Positions 39,764 to 49,220 of a DNA stretch of 53,064 nt are shown piece after piece. Within the stretch, counting starts at the first letter, position 1; every line of letters begins with the position of its first letter. Origin of the DNA: Actinomycetota bacterium (GTDB lineage Bacteria; Actinomycetota; UBA4738); NCBI GenBank assembly GCA_044870295.1, contig JBIOYQ010000021.1:1-53064 (forward strand), in the 5' to 3' direction. The position numbers and the translations under genes were made by a program. The notes beneath the pieces are model-generated. The model was not told where the DNA came from and made no database searches. It saw only the letters and a list, made by a program, of their open reading frames with translations.

Positions 39764-41209
39764 TCAGCTGTTCGCGATCTCACGGAGATAGGACGGCTGT
39801 ATGTTGTACCCGAGGAGGTTGAACCCCGGGACCAGGATCGGGACGTAGTTCAGCGTCATCTGGTTGGTGATGGTCACGGTGCCGCCGATGATCTGGCCGT
39901 TCACTCCGTTGGCGTTGTTGTTGCCGAAGTCGACGTTGCACTGGCTGTACACGAACACCTTCAGCCCGTTGTTGAACCCGGTGTTGTTCGACACCGAGAT
40001 GTCGTAGGGCGAGGGCTTGGTGCAGTTCAGCCCCTGGCGGTAGGGCACGACGAAGTAGACCGTCCACTCCCCTCCCACCGCGTTCCAGTTGGTCTGGTTC
40101 ACGGTCGAGATGGCGTGGGTGGCCGAGGTGCCGCCGTCCACGAAGATGGCCAGGTTGCCCTTGACGTTGATCGTGGAGTTGTTGCCCCACGACAGTCCGC
40201 CGGCGGCGCACGTCGGGGTGACCCGGACCACATTGTTCCCGCTGGGGGCCGAGTCGATGAACGCCTTGGCGGTGGCGCAGGTGGCGAACGTGGAAACCGT
40301 GTAGCCCGCGTCGACCCACGCCTGCTGGTTGAAGGTCAGCTGCGGCAGGGAGGTCTGCGGCGGGGGGCCGGAGGGCGAGTTGGCCGTCTTGGTGCCCTTG
40401 ATGGTCCCGCCGCCGATGGTCGTGCCCGCCTTGGCGTTCCCGTCGATGGTCGAGTTGCTGCTCAGGCTGATGTAGGAGGTCGACGAGGTGGTGTTGCCGA
40501 AGACCTCGATCCCGTTGGAGAGCACAGCGTAGTTGTTCGCCCAGACGTCCTGCTTGACGATGCCCTGGGAGATGCTGGCGAACCCCTGCGCGTACGCGCT
40601 GCCGGCGATGACCGTGTTGTTGTTCAGCGCCAGGTTGCCGTTCGTGTAGACATCGGCGTCGTTCGCCTGGTAGCCGTTGGCCGTCAGCTTGTTCAGCAGG
40701 TTGAGCTGAGTGTCGGAGAAGATGGCCTTGTTGAACCCGCCGTAGATCGGGGTCAGCTTGACCTCGCTCTGCATGGTTCGGCTGACGGACACGGGGTTCG
40801 ACGAGGCCACCGCGGTCCCCTTCGACACCACCAGGGCGCCCAGCGGCTGGGTGGCAAGCGGCTGCCCGGGCCCGGGGCACGTGATCTCCGTACCGGGCAG
40901 AGGTGGCCAGGTGGAGTACAGCGTGATGGAGACGTCGAAGGCGGCACCCGGGACGTTGGGCAACGTTCCATCCCACATGGCCGCGTCGCACATGTCGCCC
41001 GTATTGACCTTGGTGATGCCGGAGAACCAGGCGTCGATGCCGGCCTCGGCCGCATCGACCGACTGGATCCGCTTGCGGTCGAACGCGCTGATCTGCGAAT
41101 TGTGCAGCGACAGCGCGATCACGGCCACGCTGATGGTCAGGACCACCATGGAGACGAGCAGGGCGGTGATCATGGCGACCCCGCGCTCCTCGCTGAATCG
41201 TTGAATCAT
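39764..41209 (-). CDS. large PilX-N-terminal-domain-like pilus protein (481 aa)
   Basis: ATG 41209, 6 nt after GGAGG. N-terminus MIQRFSEERGVAMITALLVSMVVLTISVAVIALS is PilX_N-like, with no G/F cleavage site and no Glu5. The long Asn/Gly/Thr-rich C-terminal region reads like a beta-helix. Confidence 0.72.
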   Translation of the reverse strand: MIQRFSEERGVAMITALLVSMVVLTISVAVIALSLHNSQISAFDRKRIQSVDAAEAGIDAWFSGITKVNTGDMCDAAMWDGTLPNVPGAAFDVSITLYSTWPPLPGTEITCPGPGQPLATQPLGALVVSKGTAVASSNPVSVSRTMQSEVKLTPIYGGFNKAIFSDTQLNLLNKLTANGYQANDADVYTNGNLALNNNTVIAGSAYAQGFASISQGIVKQDVWANNYAVLSNGIEVFGNTTSSTSYISLSSNSTIDGNAKAGTTIGGGTIKGTKTANSPSGPPPQTSLPQLTFNQQAWVDAGYTVSTFATCATAKAFIDSAPSGNNVVRVTPTCAAGGLSWGNNSTINVKGNLAIFVDGGTSATHAISTVNQTNWNAVGGEWTVYFVVPYRQGLNCTKPSPYDISVSNNTGFNNGLKVFVYSQCNVDFGNNNANGVNGQIIGGTVTITNQMTLNYVPILVPGFNLLGYNIQPSYLREIANS

Positions 41210-41223
41210 CGCCTTGCCTCCGA

Positions 41224-41898
41224 TCAGTAGGGGGGGATCGACGCGCAGACGTCGCTCGGATAGCCGTATTCGGTGTTCCGACCGGACACGGAGGCCTTGA
41301 TGTTCACGGTCTGGCCGGAGACGCTGTTCTGGTTGACCAGGATGTTCACGACGATCGTCCGGCCACCCTTGTTGGGATCGGGGTCGATGGCGAACGCCGG
41401 CGTGGTCGGCGGGATGGGCGGATTGGGCTGGTTCACGATGTGGTCGGCGATCAGCCGCCAGGGCGACACGTTCCCGTCCACCGACCAGGTGGTCGACCAG
41501 TCGCGCCGTTGGAGCTCTCCCCCCACGATGCGCCACTGGACGCACTTGTTCCCGGGGTTCCGAGTCACCGCGTTGGTTTGGGTGTAGATGAGGAGCGCCA
41601 TGCCCGGATAGATGCTGTTCCCGGCATCGTCCGACCAGGCCTTCCCGGAGAGGCCGGGGTCGTACAGCACGTTGCCGGACCGGATCTCCTTGTCGAGCTC
41701 CTCCACCGCCAGGCGGGCCTGGTCGTTGCTGCCGCTGCGATCGGTCTGGCGATTCAGCGCCCGCTGCATGCCGGTCAGCACGGTCCCGCAGACCACCAGG
41801 ATCACACTCAGGATGGCCAGACCCACCACGAGCTCGATGAGGGTCATGCCTCGTTCGGAGCGTATCCTCCGGCGAACGGCGCCAAGCGCGTGCAGCAC
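41224..41898 (-). CDS. prepilin-type minor pilin (PilW-like)
   Basis: Class III signal RSERG/MTLIELVVGLAILSVIL with Glu5. GTG 41898 lies next to the upstream stop (start uncertain; GTG 41910 is an alternative). Confidence 0.78.
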   Translation of the reverse strand: MLHALGAVRRRIRSERGMTLIELVVGLAILSVILVVCGTVLTGMQRALNRQTDRSGSNDQARLAVEELDKEIRSGNVLYDPGLSGKAWSDDAGNSIYPGMALLIYTQTNAVTRNPGNKCVQWRIVGGELQRRDWSTTWSVDGNVSPWRLIADHIVNQPNPPIPPTTPAFAIDPDPNKGGRTIVVNILVNQNSVSGQTVNIKASVSGRNTEYGYPSDVCASIPPY

Positions 41899-41899
41899 C

Positions 41900-43699
41900 C
41901 TAGGCCCCACTCGGAGCGGGCTGGTAGGTGTTCTGGGCAAGGAGCGTCCCGAGGTCCACGTGCATCGTCAGCGACGCCTGGACCTCGCCGTCGTAGATCA
42001 CGCGATAGAAGATGTTCGCCACGAACGGCGAGTTCGACTGGGCGGTCGCCGCGGTCCGGCTGTTGGGGCACGGCACCGGCGTGCAGGTGAGCACCGTGGC
42101 GGACGTCGACGTTCCCCCGGTGGCCGGGCAACCCAGGACCCAGGCGTTGCAGTCGCTGCTCGGCGAGCCCTGGATGTCGATCTGCAGCACCTTGCCGCCG
42201 ACCGTGTCCGTGATGTGGACCGACGTCACGGGAATGGCCACCGAGGCGCCCGGGGCGACCGCGAGGGCCGTGTATCCAACGCCGTTCCAGTAGCTGATCG
42301 TCCCGCTCGCGGTCACGGACGGGGCGGCCGAGCTGGTGCCGGCCTCGGCCACGACGGTATCGGTGAAGTTTGAGATCGTCACGAGGTATCCGGTCCATCC
42401 GGCCGGGACCTTCGCCGGGTTGAGCCCGGAGGGCAGCCCCCCCACTTGGACTTGGCCGAGCGCCCTGGTCGCGTCGGTGTGGACGAGACCGTCCGCGTTC
42501 GCCTGAATGTCGCGATTGGTGAACGCCTTCGCACCGGAGGGCCAGGCAGCCACCGACGCCAGCGTCGTGCTTCCGAGATCCAGCTTCTTCTTCATCTCGA
42601 GGGTCGCCGACGCCGCGGCCGACTGCTGCTCGGTCGAGTTGCCGCACGCTTGCTGATCGGTCTGGCTGACCCCGGTCAGCGGGCACGGCTTGACGAGGCT
42701 GGCGTCCGTCGTGCTCACGCTGGTGCCGGGATCACCTGAGCTCGGCGTCAGGGTCAAGGTGTTGTTCCCCGCACCGCCCGGGCCGGTGGCGATGGAGCTC
42801 GCGGATCCGGTGACCGAGCTGGTGTTGTAGTCGTTCCCAGGCTGGGCGGGATCGTTGTCGGAGGAGCTGGTCCCCCGCTGCGATCCGGACGTGGTGGCCG
42901 GGTTGCCGGTGAGCGTCAGAGAGGCTCCCGACGCCTCCGTGATGCCCTGGACCGCGCTGATCTGCTCGACCTGCATGGTCGAGCTCCAGTCCGGCAGCAG
43001 GAGGTTCGCCTCGGACAGCGACACGCCGTCGATGGTGCCCGTGATGTCGAAGTGCCCGGCGTCGCCGGTCCCTGTCGCGTAGAAGAAGGGCTGGCACGGA
43101 GCAGCGAAGGGGTGCGTGCCGGTTCCCAGGCACCCACTCCCGGAGTACGCGACGGTCTGTGTCGCAACCTGTGACAGGATGCCCCCCTTCGCCGCGTTCG
43201 GCCAGCTCACCACCACGGTGATCCGGAACGTGTTGTTGGTCGAGATGTTGTTGTAGTAGGTGACATAGGCCCGGGCAGTAAAGAGCGTCGGACCGACGGT
43301 GATCGTCTGCGTGTGCGGCACCAGCGGCACGACGTTGGGGTTGTTCCCTCGAGGGATCTGTTCTCCGCCGTAGCAGTACACCGGGGGCGTTCCGCAGCCA
43401 CTCGTCGTGATGCTCGGGTCGCTCAACGTGGAGAGGTCGCCGTTCGACAGACCCTTCTTGATCACGTCGAACGGCAGGGCCCGCATCTGCTCCATCGTCT
43501 GGTTCGCCAGCCCGGTCGCGGACTGCCGCTGCCTGGCCAGCGCGATGTTCTGGAAGCCGATCGTGGCCGTGTAGGCCAGGGCGAGCAGGACCGTGAGGAT
43601 CACGCCGACGGCGATCATCAGCTCGATCAGCGTGAAGCCGCTCTCCGGCCGGAGGCGGCGGCGGAGGCGGCGCACCAGAGCAGTCAGCAAGCTAGGCAT
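41900..43699 (-). CDS. very large prepilin-type minor pilin (PilV-like N-terminus, 599 aa)
   Basis: ATG 43699. Signal RPESG/FTLIELMIAVGVILTVLLAL, then about 570 aa rich in Ser/Thr/Gly with many cysteines. Confidence 0.78.
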   Translation of the reverse strand: MPSLLTALVRRLRRRLRPESGFTLIELMIAVGVILTVLLALAYTATIGFQNIALARQRQSATGLANQTMEQMRALPFDVIKKGLSNGDLSTLSDPSITTSGCGTPPVYCYGGEQIPRGNNPNVVPLVPHTQTITVGPTLFTARAYVTYYNNISTNNTFRITVVVSWPNAAKGGILSQVATQTVAYSGSGCLGTGTHPFAAPCQPFFYATGTGDAGHFDITGTIDGVSLSEANLLLPDWSSTMQVEQISAVQGITEASGASLTLTGNPATTSGSQRGTSSSDNDPAQPGNDYNTSSVTGSASSIATGPGGAGNNTLTLTPSSGDPGTSVSTTDASLVKPCPLTGVSQTDQQACGNSTEQQSAAASATLEMKKKLDLGSTTLASVAAWPSGAKAFTNRDIQANADGLVHTDATRALGQVQVGGLPSGLNPAKVPAGWTGYLVTISNFTDTVVAEAGTSSAAPSVTASGTISYWNGVGYTALAVAPGASVAIPVTSVHITDTVGGKVLQIDIQGSPSSDCNAWVLGCPATGGTSTSATVLTCTPVPCPNSRTAATAQSNSPFVANIFYRVIYDGEVQASLTMHVDLGTLLAQNTYQPAPSGA

Positions 43700-43762
43700 C
43701 CCGTCCTTCTTTCTCGGTGGCCGGGGGAGCAGTCTTGACCGTCGCACGAGGCCAATCCGCCC

Positions 43763-44263
43763 TCACCAGCCCCCAGTGCATTCGGCCTCGGTATCGACGT
43801 CGGTGAAGACCTGGCTCATGCCCCTGTCGGTGACCGGGCTCCCCGGCACCTGAGACAGGCAGAAGTAGGTACCGGTGTCGGAGAGGGACACCAACAGGAG
43901 GAAGCCGCCGTTGGCGTCCTCGATGTCCACTTCGCCACGGGCGGGAGGACCGGGCGCGACCCATTTGATCGAGGACTCGGCTTGGACCGCCGTCGGGACG
44001 TCGAACCCGGTGTAGACCCCGGTCTCGGCCCAGAAGGTCATGGCGGCGGCCAGCGCCGTTCGAAGGTTCGACTGCGTGGCCTTGTCCTCGGCGCGCTGCC
44101 TGGCCCCGACGAACGTCGGAAGCGCGATCGCGATCAGGAGGCCGATGATCAGCACCACGATCATCAGCTCGATGAGGCTGAATCCCGACTCCGAGGAGGC
44201 CGTGTCGCGTGCCCCTCGCGTCCTGGATCCCCTCGACTCCCCCCGTCGCTTCCAAGAGCTCAT
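43763..44263 (-). CDS. type IV pilin, second paralog
   Basis: 166 aa. 27-aa basic leader, SESG/FSLIELMIVVLIIGLLIAIALPTF, and a C-terminal Cys pair (FCLSQ...AEC). Confidence 0.88.
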   Translation of the reverse strand: MSSWKRRGESRGSRTRGARDTASSESGFSLIELMIVVLIIGLLIAIALPTFVGARQRAEDKATQSNLRTALAAAMTFWAETGVYTGFDVPTAVQAESSIKWVAPGPPARGEVDIEDANGGFLLLVSLSDTGTYFCLSQVPGSPVTDRGMSQVFTDVDTEAECTGGW

Positions 44264-44308
44264 CCTTTTCCTGTCCTTCGTTCCTCGTTCCGTGTCCCGG
44301 TGCGAACA

Positions 44309-44336
44309 GGGGGCGGGTCCCTTGCGGGCCGCCCCC
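44309..44336 (-). terminator. GC-rich bulged hairpin after the first pilin gene (possible partial terminator)
   Basis: The minus strand reads GGGGGCGGCCC-gcaa-GGGaCCCGCCCCC, 30 nt after the pilA stop. No U-tract follows. Confidence 0.35.
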
Positions 44337-44365
44337 CACTCGCCTTGAAACGTGAGTCGCTTGCC

Positions 44366-44863
44366 TTACCAGCTACCGTCGCTCGCAGCGAGTGCCAGGT
44401 TCGGCACGCACGGGTTCGCAACGGCGGATGCCCGGAACGTTCCCAGGGCACCCGGTCCAGCGGACCGGTCGGTCAGGTAGTAGCACGTGCCCGAGGCCGA
44501 GAGCCTCGCGCCCGCCCACACCTGGTCGGCGGCCGCACCGTTGTCACCTTCGGCGAATCCGACCTGGTTGATGACGGCGACGCCACCAGCCACGAAGGTC
44601 AGCGACGGCTCGATGGCCGTCAGCTCCGCGACCGTGTCAGCGCCTGTGTAGTCGTCGAAGTCCGTGTAGGCGGTCTTCGCCGCTGCGATGGCGTTCCGGA
44701 GGTCCGAGGTCGCGGCCTTGTTCTGGGCCCGCGTCCGCGCACCGAGGAACGTCGGCAATGCGATGGCGATCAGGATGCCGATGATCAGAACCACCACCAT
44801 CAACTCGATGAGGGTGAAACCCTCGTCCTCGTGACGCAGCTTCCGCGCGATCTTTTCGATCAT
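44366..44863 (-). CDS. pilA: type IV major pilin (PilA-like)
   Basis: ATG 44863, 8 nt after AGGAGGTGA. MIEKIARKLRHEDEG/FTLIELMVVVLIIGILIAIALPTF and a C-terminal Cys pair (TCYYL...NPC). It is the first pilin gene after pilC. Confidence 0.88.
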   Translation of the reverse strand: MIEKIARKLRHEDEGFTLIELMVVVLIIGILIAIALPTFLGARTRAQNKAATSDLRNAIAAAKTAYTDFDDYTGADTVAELTAIEPSLTFVAGGVAVINQVGFAEGDNGAAADQVWAGARLSASGTCYYLTDRSAGPGALGTFRASAVANPCVPNLALAASDGSW

Positions 44864-45100
44864 GTGATGAATCACCTCCTCTGACATGACCATGACGAAC
44901 GACGTCTCCGCCGTTCTCTTCGGCATGTTTCGGCACCGGACCGAGCCCGATTGAGGGGTCGAATGGTCGGATTTCCTCTCCGCCGAAGGGAGTACGTGCT
45001 GGTAGGTACGGCCAAGCCGGGCGGCGCCGAGAGCCTCCCCCCAGGCCCGGTTTCAGGGCACGCCAATGGCGACGGACTGCGGGAGCGGGTCCGGGCAGGG

Positions 45101-46312
45101 CTACTTGATGAGGTTAATGATGTTGAACATCGGGAGGTACAGGGCGATGACCGCCAGACCGACCGCGCCTCCCACGAAGAAGATCATGATGGGCTCGATC
45201 AGCGAGGTCAGCGCGTCGACCGTTGCGGAGACCTCCTCGTCGTAGAACGTCGCGACCTTGTCCAGCATGGTGTCGATCGACCCGGTCTCCTCACCGACCG
45301 CCAGCATCTGCACCACCATGGGAGGGAAGACCCCGTGCCGGCCCAGCGGCTTGGAGAGCGTCTCTCCCTGCTTCACCGACTGCTGAACGTCCAGGATCGC
45401 CTTGGAGACCTGGGTGTTGTTCACCGTCTCGGCCGTGACCTCGAGGCTGTGCAGGATGGGCACACCGGACTTGCTCAGGACGCCCAGCACCCGGGAGAAG
45501 CGGGCCAACGCCGTCTTGTGGAACAGCGGCCCGAACACCGGGACCTTCAGCTTGAAGGCGTCCCATTGGGCCCGCCCCTGAGGGGTCTTGAAATACCGGC
45601 GCATCAGGTACACGACGATCGCGATACCCGCGATGATGAACAGGCTCTTGTGCACGATGATGTTGCTGATCTGCAGCAGGATCTTCGTCGGCAGGGGAAG
45701 GGTCCCCCCCAGGTTGGTGTAGATGTCCTTGAACTGCGGCACGATGAAAACCAGCATCGCCATGAGGATCAGGGAGACGAATCCCAGGACCACGATCGGG
45801 TACGTCATCGCCGACTTGATCCGCTGGCGCAGAGCCACCTCTCGCTCCAGGTTGAGCGCCAGGCGCTCCAGCACCGACTCCAACACACCTCCGGTCTCAC
45901 CGGAGCGAACCATGGCCACATAGAGGTTGTTGAAGATCTTCGGATACTTGGCGATGGCCGCCGAGAGCGACGCTCCGCGCTCGATCTCCGTCCGGACACC
46001 GACCACGGCGCTGGCGATGATCGAGGACTGGGTCTGCTGCTCCAGGATGGACAGCGCGCGCAGGATGGGCAGCCCGGAGTTCACCATGGTGGCGAACTGC
46101 CGGGTGAACACGGCCATGTCCTTGAGCTTCGCCTTGCGGCGGAAGTTGAACTCCCGCTTCATGCCGCTGCCGCCCTTTTCGCCCACCTTCAGCGGGACGT
46201 AGCCCATCTCTCGCAGGCGGTTGACGACCAGCTGCTCGCTGTCCGCGACCAAGGTCCCACTCACGACCTTCCCCGCCTGGTCGCGAACCCGGTACTCGAA
46301 GGTGCTAGGCAT
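45101..46312 (-). CDS. pilC: type IV pilus platform protein PilC (GspF family)
   Basis: 403 aa with two T2SSF repeats and three TM segments. Confidence 0.95.
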   Translation of the reverse strand: MPSTFEYRVRDQAGKVVSGTLVADSEQLVVNRLREMGYVPLKVGEKGGSGMKREFNFRRKAKLKDMAVFTRQFATMVNSGLPILRALSILEQQTQSSIIASAVVGVRTEIERGASLSAAIAKYPKIFNNLYVAMVRSGETGGVLESVLERLALNLEREVALRQRIKSAMTYPIVVLGFVSLILMAMLVFIVPQFKDIYTNLGGTLPLPTKILLQISNIIVHKSLFIIAGIAIVVYLMRRYFKTPQGRAQWDAFKLKVPVFGPLFHKTALARFSRVLGVLSKSGVPILHSLEVTAETVNNTQVSKAILDVQQSVKQGETLSKPLGRHGVFPPMVVQMLAVGEETGSIDTMLDKVATFYDEEVSATVDALTSLIEPIMIFFVGGAVGLAVIALYLPMFNIINLIK

Positions 46313-47429
46313 TGGCCATCACTCCTGTCCCGCCCGTCGTCATGCGCTCCAACTCCTGTGGGTCGTGGCAGCGCTGCTTGGCCAGCTCCATCGAGATCTT
46401 GCCGTTGGTCACCAGGTAGGCCAGGGCCTGGTCCATGGTGCGCATCCCGTAGCGAGCGCCTGCCTGCATGGCGGAGTAGACCTGGTAGACCTTGGCCTCA
46501 CGGATCAGGTTTCGGATGGCCGGGGTGGTCACCATCACCTCGCATGCCACCACCCGGCCCCGTCCGTCCCAGGTCTGGAGCAGCTGCTGGGTGATGACGC
46601 CCTGCAGCGTCGTCGACAGCTGCACCCGGATCTGCTGCTGCTGGTGGGGAGGGAACGCATCGATGATTCGGTCGATCGTCTGGGGGGCGTCCTGCGTGTG
46701 CAGGGTGGCGAACACCAGGTGACCGGTCTCGGCCGCGGTCACGGCCGTGGAGATCGTCTCGAGGTCCCGCATCTCACCGACCAGGATCACGTCCGGGTCC
46801 TGGCGCAGCACATGCTTGAGGGCGTTGGAGAAGGAATGGGTGTCGGCTCCCACCTCGCGCTGGTTCACGACGGCGCGCTTGTGCCGGTGGAGATACTCGA
46901 TGGGGTCCTCCACCGTCATGATGTGGACCTCGCGCTCGGTGTTCACCACATCGATGAGCGAGGCCAGGGTGGTGGACTTCCCCGACCCGGTGGGGCCGGT
47001 CACCAGGACCAGGCCACGAGGGAGGCGGGCGAAGTCACCACACTGCGGCGGCAGCCCGAGCTCGTCGACCGTCCGGATCACGAAGGGGATGAACCGGAAG
47101 GCCGCGCCCAGAGCGTCGCGCTGGAAGTACACGTTGACTCGGAACCGCCCGCGTCCGGGGAGTGAGTATGAGAGGTCCAGCTCCAGGTCCTGCTCCAGCC
47201 GTTCCCGCTGGCGCTGGGTGAGGATCGCGTAGATCATCCGGCGGACCTGGTCGGGCTCCAGGATCTCGTACTGATCGAGGGGCTTGAGGTCGCCGTGGAT
47301 CCGCACCGTGGGCTTGGCCCCCACCGTGACGTGCAGGTCGCTCGCGTCCAGGGCCAGCACGTGACCCAACAGCTCCTGGATGGGGACTGAGGGGACCTCC
47401 CCGTCCCGGTTCATCAGCTCGGCCTTCAT
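46305..47429 (-). CDS. pilT: twitching-motility retraction ATPase PilT
   Basis: 374 aa: DLHVTVGAKPTVRIHG, Walker A GPTGSGKSTT, Walker B ILVGEMRD, AIRNLIRE. Confidence 0.95.
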   Translation of the reverse strand: MKAELMNRDGEVPSVPIQELLGHVLALDASDLHVTVGAKPTVRIHGDLKPLDQYEILEPDQVRRMIYAILTQRQRERLEQDLELDLSYSLPGRGRFRVNVYFQRDALGAAFRFIPFVIRTVDELGLPPQCGDFARLPRGLVLVTGPTGSGKSTTLASLIDVVNTEREVHIMTVEDPIEYLHRHKRAVVNQREVGADTHSFSNALKHVLRQDPDVILVGEMRDLETISTAVTAAETGHLVFATLHTQDAPQTIDRIIDAFPPHQQQQIRVQLSTTLQGVITQQLLQTWDGRGRVVACEVMVTTPAIRNLIREAKVYQVYSAMQAGARYGMRTMDQALAYLVTNGKISMELAKQRCHDPQELERMTTGGTGVMANA

Positions 47430-47483
47430 ACACCTATCCCTTCAGAGCCAGGCATGGGACTGTTCCTCGGATGCATCGGCACG

Positions 47484-49202
47484 TCAGGTCACGACCCGTA
47501 GCACTTCTTCCACAGAAGTCACGCCCAGTCGGACCTTTTCCAGGCCGTCCTCCCGCAGCGTGACCATCCCGTCCCGCCGGGCCGAGCGTCGGATCTCCTC
47601 GGAGGCCGACCGCTCCACCGTCATCCGCTCGATCTCCTCGCTCATCGGCATGACCTCGTAGAGCCCCAGCCGGCCGCGGAATCCGGTCTTCGAGCACGCG
47701 GTGCATCCCACGGGGCGGAACAGCTCCTTGACGTCGTCCCACACGAACTCGGGGAACCCGGCAGCCTCCAGCTCGGCCACCGTCGGCTTGTAGGGCTCCC
47801 GGCACTTGTTGCAGAGCTTCCGGGCCAGTCGCTGGGCCACGATGCAGTCGATGGCGCTGGCCACGAGGTACGGCTCCACGCCCATCTCCACCAGGCGGGG
47901 CAGGGACGAGGGGGCGTCGTTCGTGTGCAGCGTGGACAGGACCAGGTGGCCCGTCAGGGCCGCCTCGATGGCGATCAGGGCCGTCTCGCGGTCCCGGATC
48001 TCCCCCACCAGGACCACGTCGGGGTCGGCTCGAAGGATGGACCGGAGGGCGGAGGCGAAGGTGAGCCCGGCCCGATTGTTCATCTGCATCTGGTTGATGC
48101 CCGACAGCCGGTACTCGACCGGGTCCTCGACCGTGATGATGTTCCGGTCGGTCTTGTTGATGATGTTGAGGGTGGCGTACAGGGTGGTGGACTTCCCCGA
48201 ACCCGTCGGACCCGTGACCAGGATGGCCCCGTAGGGCCTGGTGAACGCCTCCTGGAACCGCTTGAAGGGTCCGTCCAGGAACCCCAGCTCTTCGAGCTTC
48301 AGCAGGACGGCGCTCTTGTCCAGGATCCGGATGACCACCTTCTCTCCGTACACGGTGGGCAAGGTGGCCATCCGGAGGTCCACGCTCTTGCCGCCCACGG
48401 TCAGGCCGACGCGACCGTCCTGGGGAACCCGTCGCTCGGCGATGTTGATGTCGGCCATGACCTTGAGGCGGCTGATCAGACCAGCCTGGATGTTCTTCGG
48501 TGAACGCATCACCTCCGTGAGCACGCCGTCGATTCGGTAGCGGATCCGCACGTCTCGCTCCATGGGCTCGATGTGGATGTCCGATGCGCGGTCGGCGATG
48601 GCTTGGCTGATGAGGAGGTTCACCATCTTGACGATGGGTCCCTCCTCGATGGCGGCCGCGGCCTTCTCCAGCTCCTTCAGGTCCTCCTCGGCCGTGGCCG
48701 AAGCCTCCGTCGCCATCTTCTGGACGGACTCGTCCAGGCGGCTGTACTTCCGGATGGCCCCTTCGATGTCGGCGGCCGTGGCGACCACCGGCTGGACCTC
48801 CATGCCGGTGATCGTCCGGATGTCGTCCAGCGCGAACAGGTTGGCGGGATCCGCCATGGCGACCAGGAGCCGGTCCTCCTCGTAGCCGATGGGCAGCGCC
48901 CGGTATCGCCTCGCCACCTGCTCCGGGATCAGCATGGCCGCGGTGCCGTCGATCTGGAAGTCGGAGAGGTCGACGAAACGGAACCCGATCTGCTTGGCCA
49001 GCGCGGCCATCAGATCGGACTCCCGGACCATCTTCAGGTCGATCAGGATGCGGCCCAGGAGCTGGTCGGTCCGGCTCTGCTCCAGCAGGGCCTTCTCGAG
49101 CTGTTCCGCGGAGATGAGACCCTCCTCGACGAGGATCTCCCCGAGCTTCTTGGTCTTTCGTCCGCCGCCGGAGATCGGCGCCGACGTCATGTCACGGCTC
49201 AT
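47484..49202 (-). CDS. pilB: type IV pilus extension ATPase PilB (GspE family)
   Basis: 572 aa. N-terminal T2SSE_N-like domain, Walker A GPTGSGKSTT, and a tetracysteine motif (CNKC...CTAC). Confidence 0.95.
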   Translation of the reverse strand: MSRDMTSAPISGGGRKTKKLGEILVEEGLISAEQLEKALLEQSRTDQLLGRILIDLKMVRESDLMAALAKQIGFRFVDLSDFQIDGTAAMLIPEQVARRYRALPIGYEEDRLLVAMADPANLFALDDIRTITGMEVQPVVATAADIEGAIRKYSRLDESVQKMATEASATAEEDLKELEKAAAAIEEGPIVKMVNLLISQAIADRASDIHIEPMERDVRIRYRIDGVLTEVMRSPKNIQAGLISRLKVMADINIAERRVPQDGRVGLTVGGKSVDLRMATLPTVYGEKVVIRILDKSAVLLKLEELGFLDGPFKRFQEAFTRPYGAILVTGPTGSGKSTTLYATLNIINKTDRNIITVEDPVEYRLSGINQMQMNNRAGLTFASALRSILRADPDVVLVGEIRDRETALIAIEAALTGHLVLSTLHTNDAPSSLPRLVEMGVEPYLVASAIDCIVAQRLARKLCNKCREPYKPTVAELEAAGFPEFVWDDVKELFRPVGCTACSKTGFRGRLGLYEVMPMSEEIERMTVERSASEEIRRSARRDGMVTLREDGLEKVRLGVTSVEEVLRVVT

Positions 49203-49220
49203 GTCGGGGGCTCCATCACG

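Noticed and set aside
39347-41230. 627-aa plus-strand ORF, with similar long plus-strand ORFs at 44951-46594 and 48573-49799.
   Set aside because: They are antisense to pilD and the PilX-like gene, to pilC/pilT, and to pilB and the Roadblock-like gene respectively. All have Arg/Gly/Asp-rich translations without domains, whereas the minus-strand genes have unambiguous motifs.
44864-45100. Possible sigma-54 promoter (TGGCGTGCCCTGAAA on the minus strand) upstream of pilA, as in Pseudomonas.
   Set aside because: The match to TGGCAC-N5-TTGC is poor because the GC element is missing. No PilR or PilS is present, and to my knowledge Actinobacteria generally lack sigma-54.
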